Source: Chthonomonadales bacterium (GTDB lineage: Bacteria > Armatimonadota > Chthonomonadetes > Chthonomonadales > CAJBBX01). Taken from it: a DNA stretch of 64,000 nt. Both the position numbers and the translations under genes were made by a program. Within the stretch, counting starts at the first letter, position 1, and every line of letters starts with the position of its first letter. Location of the stretch: positions 79,952 through 143,951 of the forward strand of contig JBBIPC010000003.1 of assembly GCA_037443035.1 (NCBI GenBank), in the 5' to 3' direction. Shown in pieces: positions 8,176 to 17,491 of this stretch. Below the pieces are notes generated by a model. That model ran no database searches and was not told where the DNA came from. It worked only from the letters and a program-made list of their open reading frames with translations.

Positions 8176-10008
8176 TTAGGACGAAGGAGTGCCGAGATCG
8201 AGCCGTCTGTGCCATCGGACGTGATCGCAGCGCCCGGCGGTATCCAGAGTCACATCCAGCGTGACGGCCGTTCCGGCCCGCAGCTTCTGGACCCCGAGGA
8301 CGTGCGCGGGTACGACCAGCGCGAGAGCATTGAACACTCCGCCCTCGGTTCCCTTGGCGGCAATCACCTGGACTTCGGAATCGCTGGATGTGGGCGGACG
8401 GCCAGCGCCGTACCGCACTTCGACGATCCGTAATGGCCGGCCAACTCGAAGTCGTAGCATCGCCCGGTCGCACTCTGGGACACTCCCTGACCGGTATGCG
8501 GCATCCTCGATGAAGCCCATGGAGTGAATTCCCAGGTACAGCGCCTCCGGGGTCCACGTCGCATAGAGGTCCGCTACGGGCGCGCGCGTCGAAGGCGGGA
8601 TGAAGCCCGCGTCGCGATCCCAGCGCAGCATGGCTCGCAAGTACCTGAAATCCTCGAGCGGGTCCCCATCTGCCCGAGGTATCGCATGCGGGACCGAGGG
8701 AGCGTTCCTTGCGTCGGCGTGGACCCGCTCCAGGTTCAGGTTGAGAGCGGCTTCCACCATCTCGTCGTAGGGGACGTCGTGGATATCCACCAGCCCCATG
8801 TTGTAATCTTCGCCATCCTCGCGACCGTGCGGCGGTTCGTCGTAGTACTGAAACCAGTCTGCCCCAACAACATAGGGGCGCAGGGCGAGTTCGGACAACG
8901 TGCGTGCGAATCCCCGGGCTCTCTCCCGCTGATTCGCGACTACGGGGAAGCCTGAACTGCTGTTGCGGTTTCCGCTGCGGTTCTCGGTGGCGCACATGTA
9001 GAACTCCCCGACCTGGACCGGCTTACGGCAAAGCTCGTGGAGGGTGTCGAGATAGTATCGTGCGAAGGAACCATCGATCCAATGCGGGGTCAGGTTCGTC
9101 GAAATCACATCCACATACGGACGCGCGGCCAGTACCACCTCGGGGTAGTAGAAGGACTGGTAGCGGTCGCCCAGGACTAGGCAGGCGCCCGAACACTTGC
9201 GGATGGCCGACGCCGTCACCTCGTAGTAGCGTCGGGCCAGGAGACCGAGCAGACGGCGGTGAACTCGCGCTCCATTCCCACCTGGACGGAGATACAAGAT
9301 TCCGTGATGCTCGAACTCCTCGAACGAGGAGGCCCCCTCAGGATCGAAGTCCTTTTCGAGGCGGGACCAGCATCCCCCGTAGTGCCGTCTCAGGTACGAA
9401 ACGACACGGCGCCTTTGGCCGCTTTCGGGAGGCATCCCGAGCGTCGTTTGCACAAGCACCGAGTTCCACCAGCCCAGCTCGTTGTCGGAATAGAAGCCAA
9501 GTAGTGATCTGGCTCCACGAACGTTCTCGATGGCCGCCCGTGCAGTCTCGTCCACCCTGGCAAGAACGGCCGGGTCCCACATGTCCAACCATGGTATGCC
9601 CGCCGTGGACCCAGCGTGGAGAACCGGTGCCATAGCCATTGCACCGCGGGCCTCGGCAATGAAGCTCGCGTAATCGCTCCAGCCACCGAGCGTGGTAAAT
9701 CCCCAGCTCCTCAGGCGCTCTTCTGTCGCGCGAACCCACGCGGCTTTCGTGCTGTAGTGTCGTGCGGCGCAGTACGACGGTCTCGCCGGGTTGTAGTCGG
9801 CCTCGGCCGAGCCCATGTTCACGCAGCAGACACCCAGCGAGAAAACGCGACGTCCGTCGGGCGCGACGTACCACCAGGTTTGGCCTTCTCGGCGGATGCG
9901 AAAGTTGCCCCCTTCCGGCAGGGAGGAACCTGGCTCGTGTGCACGGAGGCAGTATGCAACCATCAGCGATATGCCGATCGCTGTCAAGACTGCGGGGCTA
10001 GTTGTCAT
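8176..10008 (-). CDS. Putative glycoside hydrolase (TIM-barrel like, family unassigned) with C-terminal beta-rich domain
   Basis: The ORF track gives 8176..10143. The ATG at 10008 ([19 protein letters not shown], signal-anchor like) forms an ATGA overlap with the upstream lipoprotein stop. The FYSDNELGWW and GEFYMCATENRSG segments resemble GH42/GH50-type hydrolases. Confidence 0.65.
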   Translation of the reverse strand: MTTSPAVLTAIGISLMVAYCLRAHEPGSSLPEGGNFRIRREGQTWWYVAPDGRRVFSLGVCCVNMGSAEADYNPARPSYCAARHYSTKAAWVRATEERLRSWGFTTLGGWSDYASFIAEARGAMAMAPVLHAGSTAGIPWLDMWDPAVLARVDETARAAIENVRGARSLLGFYSDNELGWWNSVLVQTTLGMPPESGQRRRVVSYLRRHYGGCWSRLEKDFDPEGASSFEEFEHHGILYLRPGGNGARVHRRLLGLLARRYYEVTASAIRKCSGACLVLGDRYQSFYYPEVVLAARPYVDVISTNLTPHWIDGSFARYYLDTLHELCRKPVQVGEFYMCATENRSGNRNSSSGFPVVANQRERARGFARTLSELALRPYVVGADWFQYYDEPPHGREDGEDYNMGLVDIHDVPYDEMVEAALNLNLERVHADARNAPSVPHAIPRADGDPLEDFRYLRAMLRWDRDAGFIPPSTRAPVADLYATWTPEALYLGIHSMGFIEDAAYRSGSVPECDRAMLRLRVGRPLRIVEVRYGAGRPPTSSDSEVQVIAAKGTEGGVFNALALVVPAHVLGVQKLRAGTAVTLDVTLDTAGRCDHVRWHRRLDLGTPSS

Positions 10009-10325
10009 CGTCGCGGCGGTCCCCCCGGGCGTCCGCCTATCTTGCCTGCGGCTGCGAGCAGAAGCATGCGGGCCGACTGCTCGTTGCCATAGGCAAGTTC
10101 CTTGACGATGAAAGTCCGCTCCTCCTGCGTCAGCTTGCTCCAATCGCCGTCTGTGCGCTTCGCGATCTGGCTCAGCCGGTCTCCTGATTGACGTTGCTCA
10201 GGCGTCAGACCATCGCTGGATCGCTTGCAGCCAACTCCCCACAATAGGAGGCAGCAGGCTGCCGCCAGCCCAAGCTGGCGGCAGCGACTGTACCGTTTGC
10301 GCGACGCCATGACCCTAGGGAGCAT
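10005..10325 (-). CDS. Small lipoprotein (hypothetical)
   Basis: 106 aa with lipobox-like LLLWGVGC after a basic N-region. It is sandwiched between the DUF1559 gene and the GH gene with overlapping codons. An alternative start lies at 10310. Confidence 0.6.
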   Translation of the reverse strand: MLPRVMASRKRYSRCRQLGLAAACCLLLWGVGCKRSSDGLTPEQRQSGDRLSQIAKRTDGDWSKLTQEERTFIVKELAYGNEQSARMLLLAAAGKIGGRPGGPPRR

Positions 10326-11139
10326 TGACGAGCCAGCGCTGGGGGTTGAGGAGATCGGCAGGACGCACGGCCTTTGCGTGACCGTCGGCGTATGCGCAGT
10401 TCGCGCCGCCCGAATGCTTGCGCCAAGCCGCAGTCAGGCGCGCATTCCAGCCCTCCGGTGGAAGGAGGACGATGCTAGTCACGAGCCAATCCGCCCAAAC
10501 CATGGACGCCGTACCCCAGCACCAATCCACCTCAGTATTGGCATAGATGCCACTGCCGCACCACCAATCGTTGACGTTCCACAAGCCCTCTATGAGCATC
10601 ACGACGTCGGCTGGCCGACCTACCGCCGCCAACGGCGTCGCGTTCTCTACGCCGCCGTACGTCACGCCCACCGGCATCAGCCCCTGGGGTGCGGTCACGC
10701 CGAATGCAGTATTCGTCCCGGAGGCATCTCGATTGAACGCGTTCACCATCAAGGACTGCATCGCAGGTCGTCGGTTCGGGCCCAGGCTCGTCTCGATGGA
10801 AGGATCGACGGAAGGCGGGTCATTCGGGCACCGGAAGATGTCTCGGTTTTTCATGTAGGGCTGGACGCACAGGACGCTGGACCAGAGATAGTGGTTGGCT
10901 GGCCAGGCGCCCCAGTTGTTCTGGTCTACGAACTCGGACTTGGGGTAGTTCTCGTCATAGTCCTGTGTGTACATCAGCACCGCCAGCGCCGTCTGTTTCA
11001 AGTTGCTCAGACAGGAGGTCTGTCGAGCCTTCTCGCGGGCCGTGGCAAAGACAGGAAAGAGGATCGCCGCCAGTATGGCGATGATCGCGATGACAACGAG
11101 CAGTTCGATGAGGGTGAAACCTCGCGCGCGTGCGCTCAT
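10315..11139 (-). CDS. Prepilin-type N-terminal cleavage/methylation domain protein, DUF1559 family (module A)
   Basis: The ATG at 11139 is preceded by AAGGAG. It has [43 protein letters not shown] and a C-terminal YADGHAK (H-X9-DG-like) motif. Confidence 0.85.
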   Translation of the reverse strand: MSARARGFTLIELLVVIAIIAILAAILFPVFATAREKARQTSCLSNLKQTALAVLMYTQDYDENYPKSEFVDQNNWGAWPANHYLWSSVLCVQPYMKNRDIFRCPNDPPSVDPSIETSLGPNRRPAMQSLMVNAFNRDASGTNTAFGVTAPQGLMPVGVTYGGVENATPLAAVGRPADVVMLIEGLWNVNDWWCGSGIYANTEVDWCWGTASMVWADWLVTSIVLLPPEGWNARLTAAWRKHSGGANCAYADGHAKAVRPADLLNPQRWLVNAP

Positions 11140-11162
11140 GAGCTTTGCTCCTTTCTTACCGG

Positions 11163-12236
11163 TCAAATGGACCGGCTGTTGTCGACGTTGAACTCGCTCT
11201 GCGGGGACGCTCCAGAACTTGACCGTACAGTCAGTGAGACGGGCAGCCTGACCTGTGGAACTGGAATCTCTTCACCCCGCATCTGGGCCATGAGAAGTCG
11301 TGTGGCCGTCATGCCCATCTCCAGGATGGGCATGTGCACGCTAGTGAGCGGAGGGTCGGTGGTCTCGGCAAGCCACGTGTCGTCAAAACCAACCAGCGCA
11401 AGGTCGTCCGGTGCCCGCAACCCAAGCTCCTGCATCCGCTTCAGGACACCAACGGCGCAGAGGTCATTGGCCGCGAACACCGCTGTCGGGCGAACATCCG
11501 GCGGGAGGCTCAGGAGCCGGTCGAGACCTCGAACGCCGTCGGACCAGTCGAAACCAGCCTCGACGACAAACCGTTCGTCTACTTTCAGTCCGGCATCAGC
11601 CAGGGCATCTTCGTAGCCCGCCCGACGCTGCCGAGACGTCGCGATGTGCGGTGTGCCGACGAGGTGGGCGATGCGGCGATGCCCCAGTTCGATGAGGTGC
11701 TGCGTGGCGATCCGCCCACCGTGGTAGTCGTCCGCGTTTACGGAGCATTCGTCTGGCATGGGATCGTGCACGACGGTAACGTAAGGGAACTGCTTGCGAC
11801 GGCAGTGCTCCAGGAGAGAAGTGCCCGGGCGCGGGAGAACGATCACCAGGCCGTCCACTCGGGGCGACACGATGCCGCTTTCGACGGGTGTCTTGCCGTC
11901 TTCGGCGGCTGCGGTGAAGAGCAGGATGTTCTGCTGTTCGGTGATGGCCTGTTCAACGACACCGGCCATGACGCCGCGGCAGAAGGGATTCTGATCCCCG
12001 AATGCGTGGACATAGGGCAAAACCCCGCCGATGGCGCCGGCCTTCCGAGTCTTGAGCCCGCGCGCAGGGGGGGGGGGGACGTAGCCAAGCTCTCGGGCGA
12101 CGTTCCGGATTCGCTCCCGTGTCTCCCCACTGACCCGCGTGCTGGCCGATACGTTTCCACTCAGGGCCGTGGAGGCCGCTGCAATTGAGACACCGGCGGC
12201 CTTCGCAACGTCCCGTATCGTCACGCCTTTGCGCAC
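11163..12236 (-). CDS. LacI family transcriptional regulator (LacI-1)
   Basis: 357 aa. The N-terminal HTH is [23 protein letters not shown]...[12 protein letters not shown] periplasmic-binding-fold sugar sensor domain follows. Confidence 0.9.
   Translation of the reverse strand: MRKGVTIRDVAKAAGVSIAAASTALSGNVSASTRVSGETRERIRNVARELGYVPPPPARGLKTRKAGAIGGVLPYVHAFGDQNPFCRGVMAGVVEQAITEQQNILLFTAAAEDGKTPVESGIVSPRVDGLVIVLPRPGTSLLEHCRRKQFPYVTVVHDPMPDECSVNADDYHGGRIATQHLIELGHRRIAHLVGTPHIATSRQRRAGYEDALADAGLKVDERFVVEAGFDWSDGVRGLDRLLSLPPDVRPTAVFAANDLCAVGVLKRMQELGLRAPDDLALVGFDDTWLAETTDPPLTSVHMPILEMGMTATRLLMAQMRGEEIPVPQVRLPVSLTVRSSSGASPQSEFNVDNSRSI
12067..12078. repeat. G12 (C12 on the coding strand) homopolymer inside the LacI-1 hinge
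   Basis: Counted directly as cgcgca-g12-acgtag. It is read on the minus strand as GTC CCC CCC CCC CCT, giving VPPPP. Confidence 0.9.
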
Positions 12237-12258
12237 CCGCGCACTCCTGGCGAAATGG

Positions 12259-12278
12259 TGATGAACCGTTTCATCACT
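12259..12278. promoter_or_regulatory. Candidate LacI-type operator, GTGATGAACCGTTTCATCAC
   Basis: 20-nt near-palindrome with 9 of 10 arm pairs and a central CG. It lies 23-42 nt upstream of the LacI-1 start codon. Confidence 0.55.
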
Positions 12279-12562
12279 GACGCCAGTATATCATGATCGC
12301 ATTCCACTGTCAAGGGCTGTTGGGCGAATCGTTGGATCCGAATGCAGGGAGCTGCTACGAGCAGAGCGGAACGGTTGGGTGAGAGTTCGCGCTATCGCAC
12401 ATACAGCGTTCTGCCACACCCGGCTCGTTCACAGCGACAGCCACCTCGACTCTGCGGTCGTTGGAGCACGGACGCTGATACTCGGCGGGAAGGATCTCTG
12501 CCGCCATTAAGCCGGCGACCGGCGCTGTCGCCCTGTGTGGCGATAAGCTGCGTCTGCCCCTC

Positions 12563-14176
12563 TTACTTCGGCTTCTTGTTCTTGGCGAACCACTCCAGCA
12601 GAAGGCGCTTGCGATCGGTCGGGGTGGGGCTTGGCTTTGTGTCGTTGCGGTCTTCGGAGTGCTCAACGCTCCAGCCGCTCCATTCGCGAAATGCGTGGTA
12701 GCTCCAGTCCCAGCCGTGTTCTTCGAAGATCTCGATGAGGTCCTTGAGGTACCGATAGGCGCTGTTGTCAGGGGCCCAGCGTATGGCGCTGAACTCGCCG
12801 ATGTAGATATGAACGCCGTATCGCTGCTGGAACTCGACAACGGGCTTCAGTGCGGCATCCAACGCCGCTCTGTCCCACTGCTTCCCCTCGATGAAACCGG
12901 GGTAGCGATACTGCCTCGTGCCGTCGTCATACACTCCCTGGTGGGTAAACGCAGACGGCAGATACATGTGCACGCTGTAGACGACGTTAGGGAGGTCGAG
13001 GGGTTGAAGCTGCTCCAGGCCTGCGGGACTACCCCACGGAGCAGGCTCGACAATGATGGCATGCTGCCTATCCACGCTGCAGATGGCACGCGCTGCCTTC
13101 TCGGCGAGCTCCTGCCAGTCCGCCAGGTCCTCTTCCACCGTCCCTTCCACGGGCTCGTTGGCCAGGTCGTAGCCCCAGACAGCGCGCGAGTTCCGATACC
13201 TCCTGGCGATGCGCTGCCAGTTCTCGACGAACTTTGCCTGACATGCAGCGTTGTTGAACAAACCCGCGTCGGATCCCGCATAGCCGCCAGATGTCACGCG
13301 ACCACCTGGCGGGGAATGGAGATCCACGACGACCTTCAGCCCGTACTTCTCGCAGAGGGGTAAGGCAGCGTCGAGCTTCCTCAGTTCGCCCTCGAGCCAG
13401 CGATCGTACGCCTCGAGATCCAGCGGTTCAGCAGCGTTCTGCGTGCCGCGCCGCACCAGTTGCCATCGGATCAAGTTGGCGTTCCATTCCGTTCCCAGAA
13501 CGCGCAAGCTCTCCGCACTGATGTCCGGGTCCACCATGACACCCCGAAGGCGGGGAAGAGTGTGTCCTTTGTACACACGGCCGCTGTTGCTTCGGGACCT
13601 CACAGGCACAGGGGGCCGCTGTACCTTCACCTGGATATCGTCGAACCACGCCTTACCGCTGACTGCCTCCAGGCCAAGGTAGAGAGTCATCTCCGTGGCG
13701 TCTCGAGGAATGTAGACTGGGAAGCTCACGCGCTGCCATTCGAACGTCCCGACACCCAGCTCCGCCTGGGGCCACTGGCGCCCGCTCTCGGCGACAATGG
13801 CGGCCATGAACTTCACTCCATTCCAAGGCTGCGGCTTCTGGCTTACGTTCTCTGCCCTCACCATACCTGTGAACATGAGCCGGCAGCCTCGCAGTCGCTC
13901 TACGCGGATCGGGATCCATGCCATGGCCGATCCTGCCGCCGAACCCTCGGAGCGGTGCACACTGAGAGACTGCGAACTGCTGTACCCGCGCTCCAAGCGC
14001 AGCGAACCGTTCCATCCCCGCAGCGCATCGGGACCTTCGAAATCGGCCCTGAAGACCACGTCGCCCTTCCTCGGAGAGTTCTGCACGTGGGAATGACATA
14101 GGGGTGCCATCGCAAGGAGACCTGCCACGAGAAGGCCTGGCCTCCAACCTCTCGCCCAACTACCTACGAACCGCAT
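12563..14176 (-). CDS. Secreted GH5 cellulase-family hydrolase with N-terminal CBM-like domain
   Basis: The ORF track gives 12563..14341. The ATG at 14176 (MRFVGSWARGWRPGLLVAGLLAMAPLC, signal-like) avoids overlap with the ABC ATPase gene. DLANEP (acid/base) and IYIGEFSAI (nucleophile) motifs are present. Confidence 0.8.
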   Translation of the reverse strand: MRFVGSWARGWRPGLLVAGLLAMAPLCHSHVQNSPRKGDVVFRADFEGPDALRGWNGSLRLERGYSSSQSLSVHRSEGSAAGSAMAWIPIRVERLRGCRLMFTGMVRAENVSQKPQPWNGVKFMAAIVAESGRQWPQAELGVGTFEWQRVSFPVYIPRDATEMTLYLGLEAVSGKAWFDDIQVKVQRPPVPVRSRSNSGRVYKGHTLPRLRGVMVDPDISAESLRVLGTEWNANLIRWQLVRRGTQNAAEPLDLEAYDRWLEGELRKLDAALPLCEKYGLKVVVDLHSPPGGRVTSGGYAGSDAGLFNNAACQAKFVENWQRIARRYRNSRAVWGYDLANEPVEGTVEEDLADWQELAEKAARAICSVDRQHAIIVEPAPWGSPAGLEQLQPLDLPNVVYSVHMYLPSAFTHQGVYDDGTRQYRYPGFIEGKQWDRAALDAALKPVVEFQQRYGVHIYIGEFSAIRWAPDNSAYRYLKDLIEIFEEHGWDWSYHAFREWSGWSVEHSEDRNDTKPSPTPTDRKRLLLEWFAKNKKPK

Positions 14177-14258
14177 AGATACCCGCCTCCTCTCCCTTCT
14201 GGCGAAGCGCTCTGCTGGGTTAGAGGCCCGACGGAGATAGCTCTTGTGACACAAGCCT

Positions 14259-15407
14259 CTAGTAGACGGCGGCCTCCGTCTGCTTGTCGAACAGGTGGCT
14301 CTTGTCCATGTCGAAGACCACCTCCAGCTCGTCACCTGCACGGGCTCGGGTCTTGCTGTCGATCATGGCGATGAGCTGGTGGCTTCCGGCCGTGAGGTAC
14401 ATCTCCACGTCATTGCCTAGCGGCTCCACAACGTCCACTCCCACCTTGACCGTGTTCCCGGCCGTCGGCTTGATGAGACCCTCCAAGTTTCGATCGTAGA
14501 TGTCCTCTGGTCGAATGCCGAAGATGCAATCCTTGCCGACTTCCGATTCGATCCGATCGCCTTTGTCGTGCGGCAGCTCCACCTGAAAGGAGCCTGCGTC
14601 GGCGATGAAACGATCACCGTCCTTCTTGACAGTTACGGGGATCATGTTCATGGCAGGCGAGCCGATGAAGCCAGCGACGAACATGTTCGCGGGATGGTTG
14701 TAGAGGTTGAGAGGCGTATCGCACTGCTGCATGACGCCAGCGTTCAGAACCGCGATGCGGTCGCCCATGGTCATTGCCTCCACCTGATCGTGAGTGACGT
14801 AGATGGTGGTGATGCCCAGGCGACGATGGAGCTTGATCAGCTCGGCACGTGTCTGCACGCGAAGCTTGGCGTCCAGGTTGGAGAGCGGTTCATCCATGAG
14901 GAACACCTTCGGCTCTCGCACGATCGCTCGTCCCAGCGCCACGCGCTGCCGCTGACCACCAGAGAGTTGCTTGGGCTTTCGCTGCAACAGACTTTCCAAG
15001 CCTAGAAGACGCGCTGCCTCGTTGACCCTCCGATCGATTTCCTGCTTGCTGAAGGCACGCCTGGTATTGAACGGCCAGGGCTTTCCGGTGGGAACCCGCT
15101 TGAGCCGCAGACCGAAACTCATATTGTCATAGACGGTCATGTGGGGATACAGCGCGTAGTTCTGAAACACCATGGCGATATCGCGATCCTTGGGCGAAAC
15201 ATCGTTCACCACGCGGTCGCCGATGAGTATTTCGCCGGAAGTCGCCTCCTCCAGGCCAGCGATCATCCTCAGAGCCGTCGTCTTGCCGCAACCGGATGGG
15301 CCGACAAGCACCAGGAATTCCTTATCCCTGATTTCCAGCGTCAGCTTATTGACCGCGATGACCTCTTTGAACTCTTTCGTGAGCTCTTTGAGCGTTACGC
15401 TTGCCAT
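14259..15407 (-). CDS. Sugar ABC transporter ATP-binding protein (MsmX/MalK/UgpC type), no adjacent permease genes
   Basis: It has Walker A GPSGCGKTT, signature LSGGQRQRVALGRA, Walker B VFLMDEPLSNLD and a C-terminal TOBE-like domain. Confidence 0.92.
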   Translation of the reverse strand: MASVTLKELTKEFKEVIAVNKLTLEIRDKEFLVLVGPSGCGKTTALRMIAGLEEATSGEILIGDRVVNDVSPKDRDIAMVFQNYALYPHMTVYDNMSFGLRLKRVPTGKPWPFNTRRAFSKQEIDRRVNEAARLLGLESLLQRKPKQLSGGQRQRVALGRAIVREPKVFLMDEPLSNLDAKLRVQTRAELIKLHRRLGITTIYVTHDQVEAMTMGDRIAVLNAGVMQQCDTPLNLYNHPANMFVAGFIGSPAMNMIPVTVKKDGDRFIADAGSFQVELPHDKGDRIESEVGKDCIFGIRPEDIYDRNLEGLIKPTAGNTVKVGVDVVEPLGNDVEMYLTAGSHQLIAMIDSKTRARAGDELEVVFDMDKSHLFDKQTEAAVY

Positions 15408-15495
15408 ATCCTTATGGCCCTCCTTGGCGCCGCCTCTCCCGTTGCGATGATGGGGCCCTCCGCTCGATGAGTCAACCCGACCGCTCGGCCCCCTC

Positions 15496-16614
15496 CTATT
15501 CTATGTTGTTCAGTTCGGCCTTCAGCAGGTCTATTCCTGCAATGTCCGTGGGATCCACTCCAGCAAGCAATGCTGCGTAGACGGAGACGAAGTCGCCGAA
15601 GTAGAGCAACGATAGCATACGCTCCATCAATGTCGTGCCCTCTGCCCACACCTCGTGTTGTTCAGCCCGATTGCCGATGACCGTTCGGAGGACGTCCACA
15701 CGCCGCGCAATGCGGGGCGTCGTCTCAGTCTCTGCCGGATCGCGAAGATACACCACCGACCATGCGTAGGACTGCTGTAGTGCCTGATCCCACCCCAGAA
15801 TCTCGTTATGGTTCTGCTCGGGCAGCACATTGGCAAATGCGTGCACCTTGGCGTTCTCGTTGAACTGGCCTTTCCAACGTACCGCTAGCACTCCGCGGTA
15901 GCCCTGCGTACCGTAGAAGATGGGGATCCGCCCATGGAGGGCGACTGCAAGTTGTTTTGCCCGATTCCTTTCGAGGAGCACCTCGCGCCTCCATTGCAGC
16001 GCGCAGGTCTCCAGCAACGGAAGGGCCTGCTCTACTGCCCGGAGGGAACAGGAGGGCTCGAGCTCGGTGCTCGCCGCGACAACGGCAAGCATCGGGATGA
16101 AGAGGTAGCCAGTCGAAGCCCTCGGTGGGCGCCCACCCGGAACTCTGCACACAGGCACGCCATCCCTGGATGCCTTTTCGGCCAGCTTGCCCCCGCTCGT
16201 CACGCACGCTAGCTTGCAGCCTCGCTGACGCGCTTGTTCGTACGCACTGAGCGTTTCCTCCGTATTGCCCGAATAGGAGGACGCTACGACCAGCGTGTCC
16301 GGGCCTGCGAAGCCCGGTAAGTCATAGTCCCTGTTCACCACCACAGGGACATGACCGCCGCTCTCCACCAGCACACGTACGAGATCGCCGCCTATGGCCG
16401 ACCCACCCAGACCCGTGATGATGATGTTGGCGGGACGAGCTGCTGGATCCAGGGTGCGGGTGAAGCTCGCAGCAATCGCCAGGGCCTCGCGACACTGCAC
16501 GGGGAACTGCTCGGTCAGACCTAGCATTCCCCTCCCATCCAGGATACGTATGGCATCAAGGTTGTCCAGAATCTGCGGCTGGACAACACGCGGGTTGCTC
16601 GAAATGTGCATCAT
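15496..16614 (-). CDS. Bifunctional phosphoglucose/phosphomannose isomerase family (SIS domains)
   Basis: 372 aa. IIITGLGGSAIGGDL and SYSGNTEETL are SIS motifs, and the length and layout fit the PGI/PMI family. Confidence 0.8.
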   Translation of the reverse strand: MMHISSNPRVVQPQILDNLDAIRILDGRGMLGLTEQFPVQCREALAIAASFTRTLDPAARPANIIITGLGGSAIGGDLVRVLVESGGHVPVVVNRDYDLPGFAGPDTLVVASSYSGNTEETLSAYEQARQRGCKLACVTSGGKLAEKASRDGVPVCRVPGGRPPRASTGYLFIPMLAVVAASTELEPSCSLRAVEQALPLLETCALQWRREVLLERNRAKQLAVALHGRIPIFYGTQGYRGVLAVRWKGQFNENAKVHAFANVLPEQNHNEILGWDQALQQSYAWSVVYLRDPAETETTPRIARRVDVLRTVIGNRAEQHEVWAEGTTLMERMLSLLYFGDFVSVYAALLAGVDPTDIAGIDLLKAELNNIE

Positions 16615-16715
16615 CTATTCCTAGTGACTCGAAGTGCGGCCCGGTGCCACGCGCACAACCGGCACATGGCTCCGGGCCTTGGCCCACAGCTGCAATGCCG
16701 GCCAAGCGAAAGGCA

Positions 16716-16970
16716 TCAGCCCTCGGCCACGAAAGACAGAAGCGCCATGTGGCGTGCTCGCTTGATGGCCTCTGCTAGCATCCGCTGGTGTTTGGCACAG
16801 GTTCCTGTGCTCCGACGTGCCACGATCTTGCCACGTTCCGTCTGGTAGCGGCGCAGCTTGGTGGCGTTCTTCCAATCGATCCGCTCGACCTTGTCTACGC
16901 AGAACGCGCAGACCTTGCGTCGAGGTCTCCTCCACTTACCAGGAGTTCGCTTCTTGGCAGGTGCTGTCAT
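16716..16970 (-). CDS. rpsR: 30S ribosomal protein S18
   Basis: 84 aa. [15 protein letters not shown]...[24 protein letters not shown]. Confidence 0.95.
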   Translation of the reverse strand: MTAPAKKRTPGKWRRPRRKVCAFCVDKVERIDWKNATKLRRYQTERGKIVARRSTGTCAKHQRMLAEAIKRARHMALLSFVAEG

Positions 16971-16989
16971 ATCCTATTGTTCCTCTATC

Positions 16990-17436
16990 CTAAATTGCTG
17001 CGAAGGGATCATCCTCGAGGGTGTCTTCGACAGGCTCCTCGACCGCCGGAGTCTGGCTGTGAACGTCCAATTCTGTGTCCGCGGCATCATGAGCCTCCTC
17101 GGCTAAGCCCTCCTTCGGCCTGTCTAGCCCCTGGATGCTATCGACAACCACCTCGGCCGACCAGCGGCGTGTTCCGTCCTGTGCATTCCAGGATCGGATC
17201 TGGAGGCGTCCCTCGACAGCGATGAGCCGGCCCTTCTTGAGGTAGTTGCGCGCAAAGTCCGCTTGCGTTCCCCATGCAACAAGATCGATGAAATCCGTCT
17301 CGCGCTCGTTGGTCTCCGGATTGCGTCCACGCCGATCCACGGCAATCCGCATTTTCGTCACCGGGTTGCCCTTCTGCGTATAGGATCCATCGGGGTCCCG
17401 GACAAGCCTACCGATGAGGATGACTCTGTTGAGCAT
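16990..17436 (-). CDS. ssb: Single-stranded DNA-binding protein
   Basis: 148 aa with an OB-fold N-terminus (MLNRVILIGRLVRDP...FIDLVAWG) and an acidic tail ending LEDDPFAAI. Confidence 0.93.
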   Translation of the reverse strand: MLNRVILIGRLVRDPDGSYTQKGNPVTKMRIAVDRRGRNPETNERETDFIDLVAWGTQADFARNYLKKGRLIAVEGRLQIRSWNAQDGTRRWSAEVVVDSIQGLDRPKEGLAEEAHDAADTELDVHSQTPAVEEPVEDTLEDDPFAAI

Positions 17437-17491
17437 GGCTCGCTAACTCCTTGCCGCATTGTCGCGGCGACACAGTACGGAGTTTCCCCGT

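Noticed and set aside
8033-9635. Alternative-frame ORFs 8033..8995 (-) and 8904..9635 (+) within the hydrolase gene
   Set aside because: Frame 8176..10008 gives a coherent hydrolase-like protein. The alternatives are Arg/Pro/Gly-rich shadows.
10225-11616. 463-aa + strand ORF
   Set aside because: It is antisense to the DUF1559 and LacI-1 genes, both of which have diagnostic motifs and RBSs.
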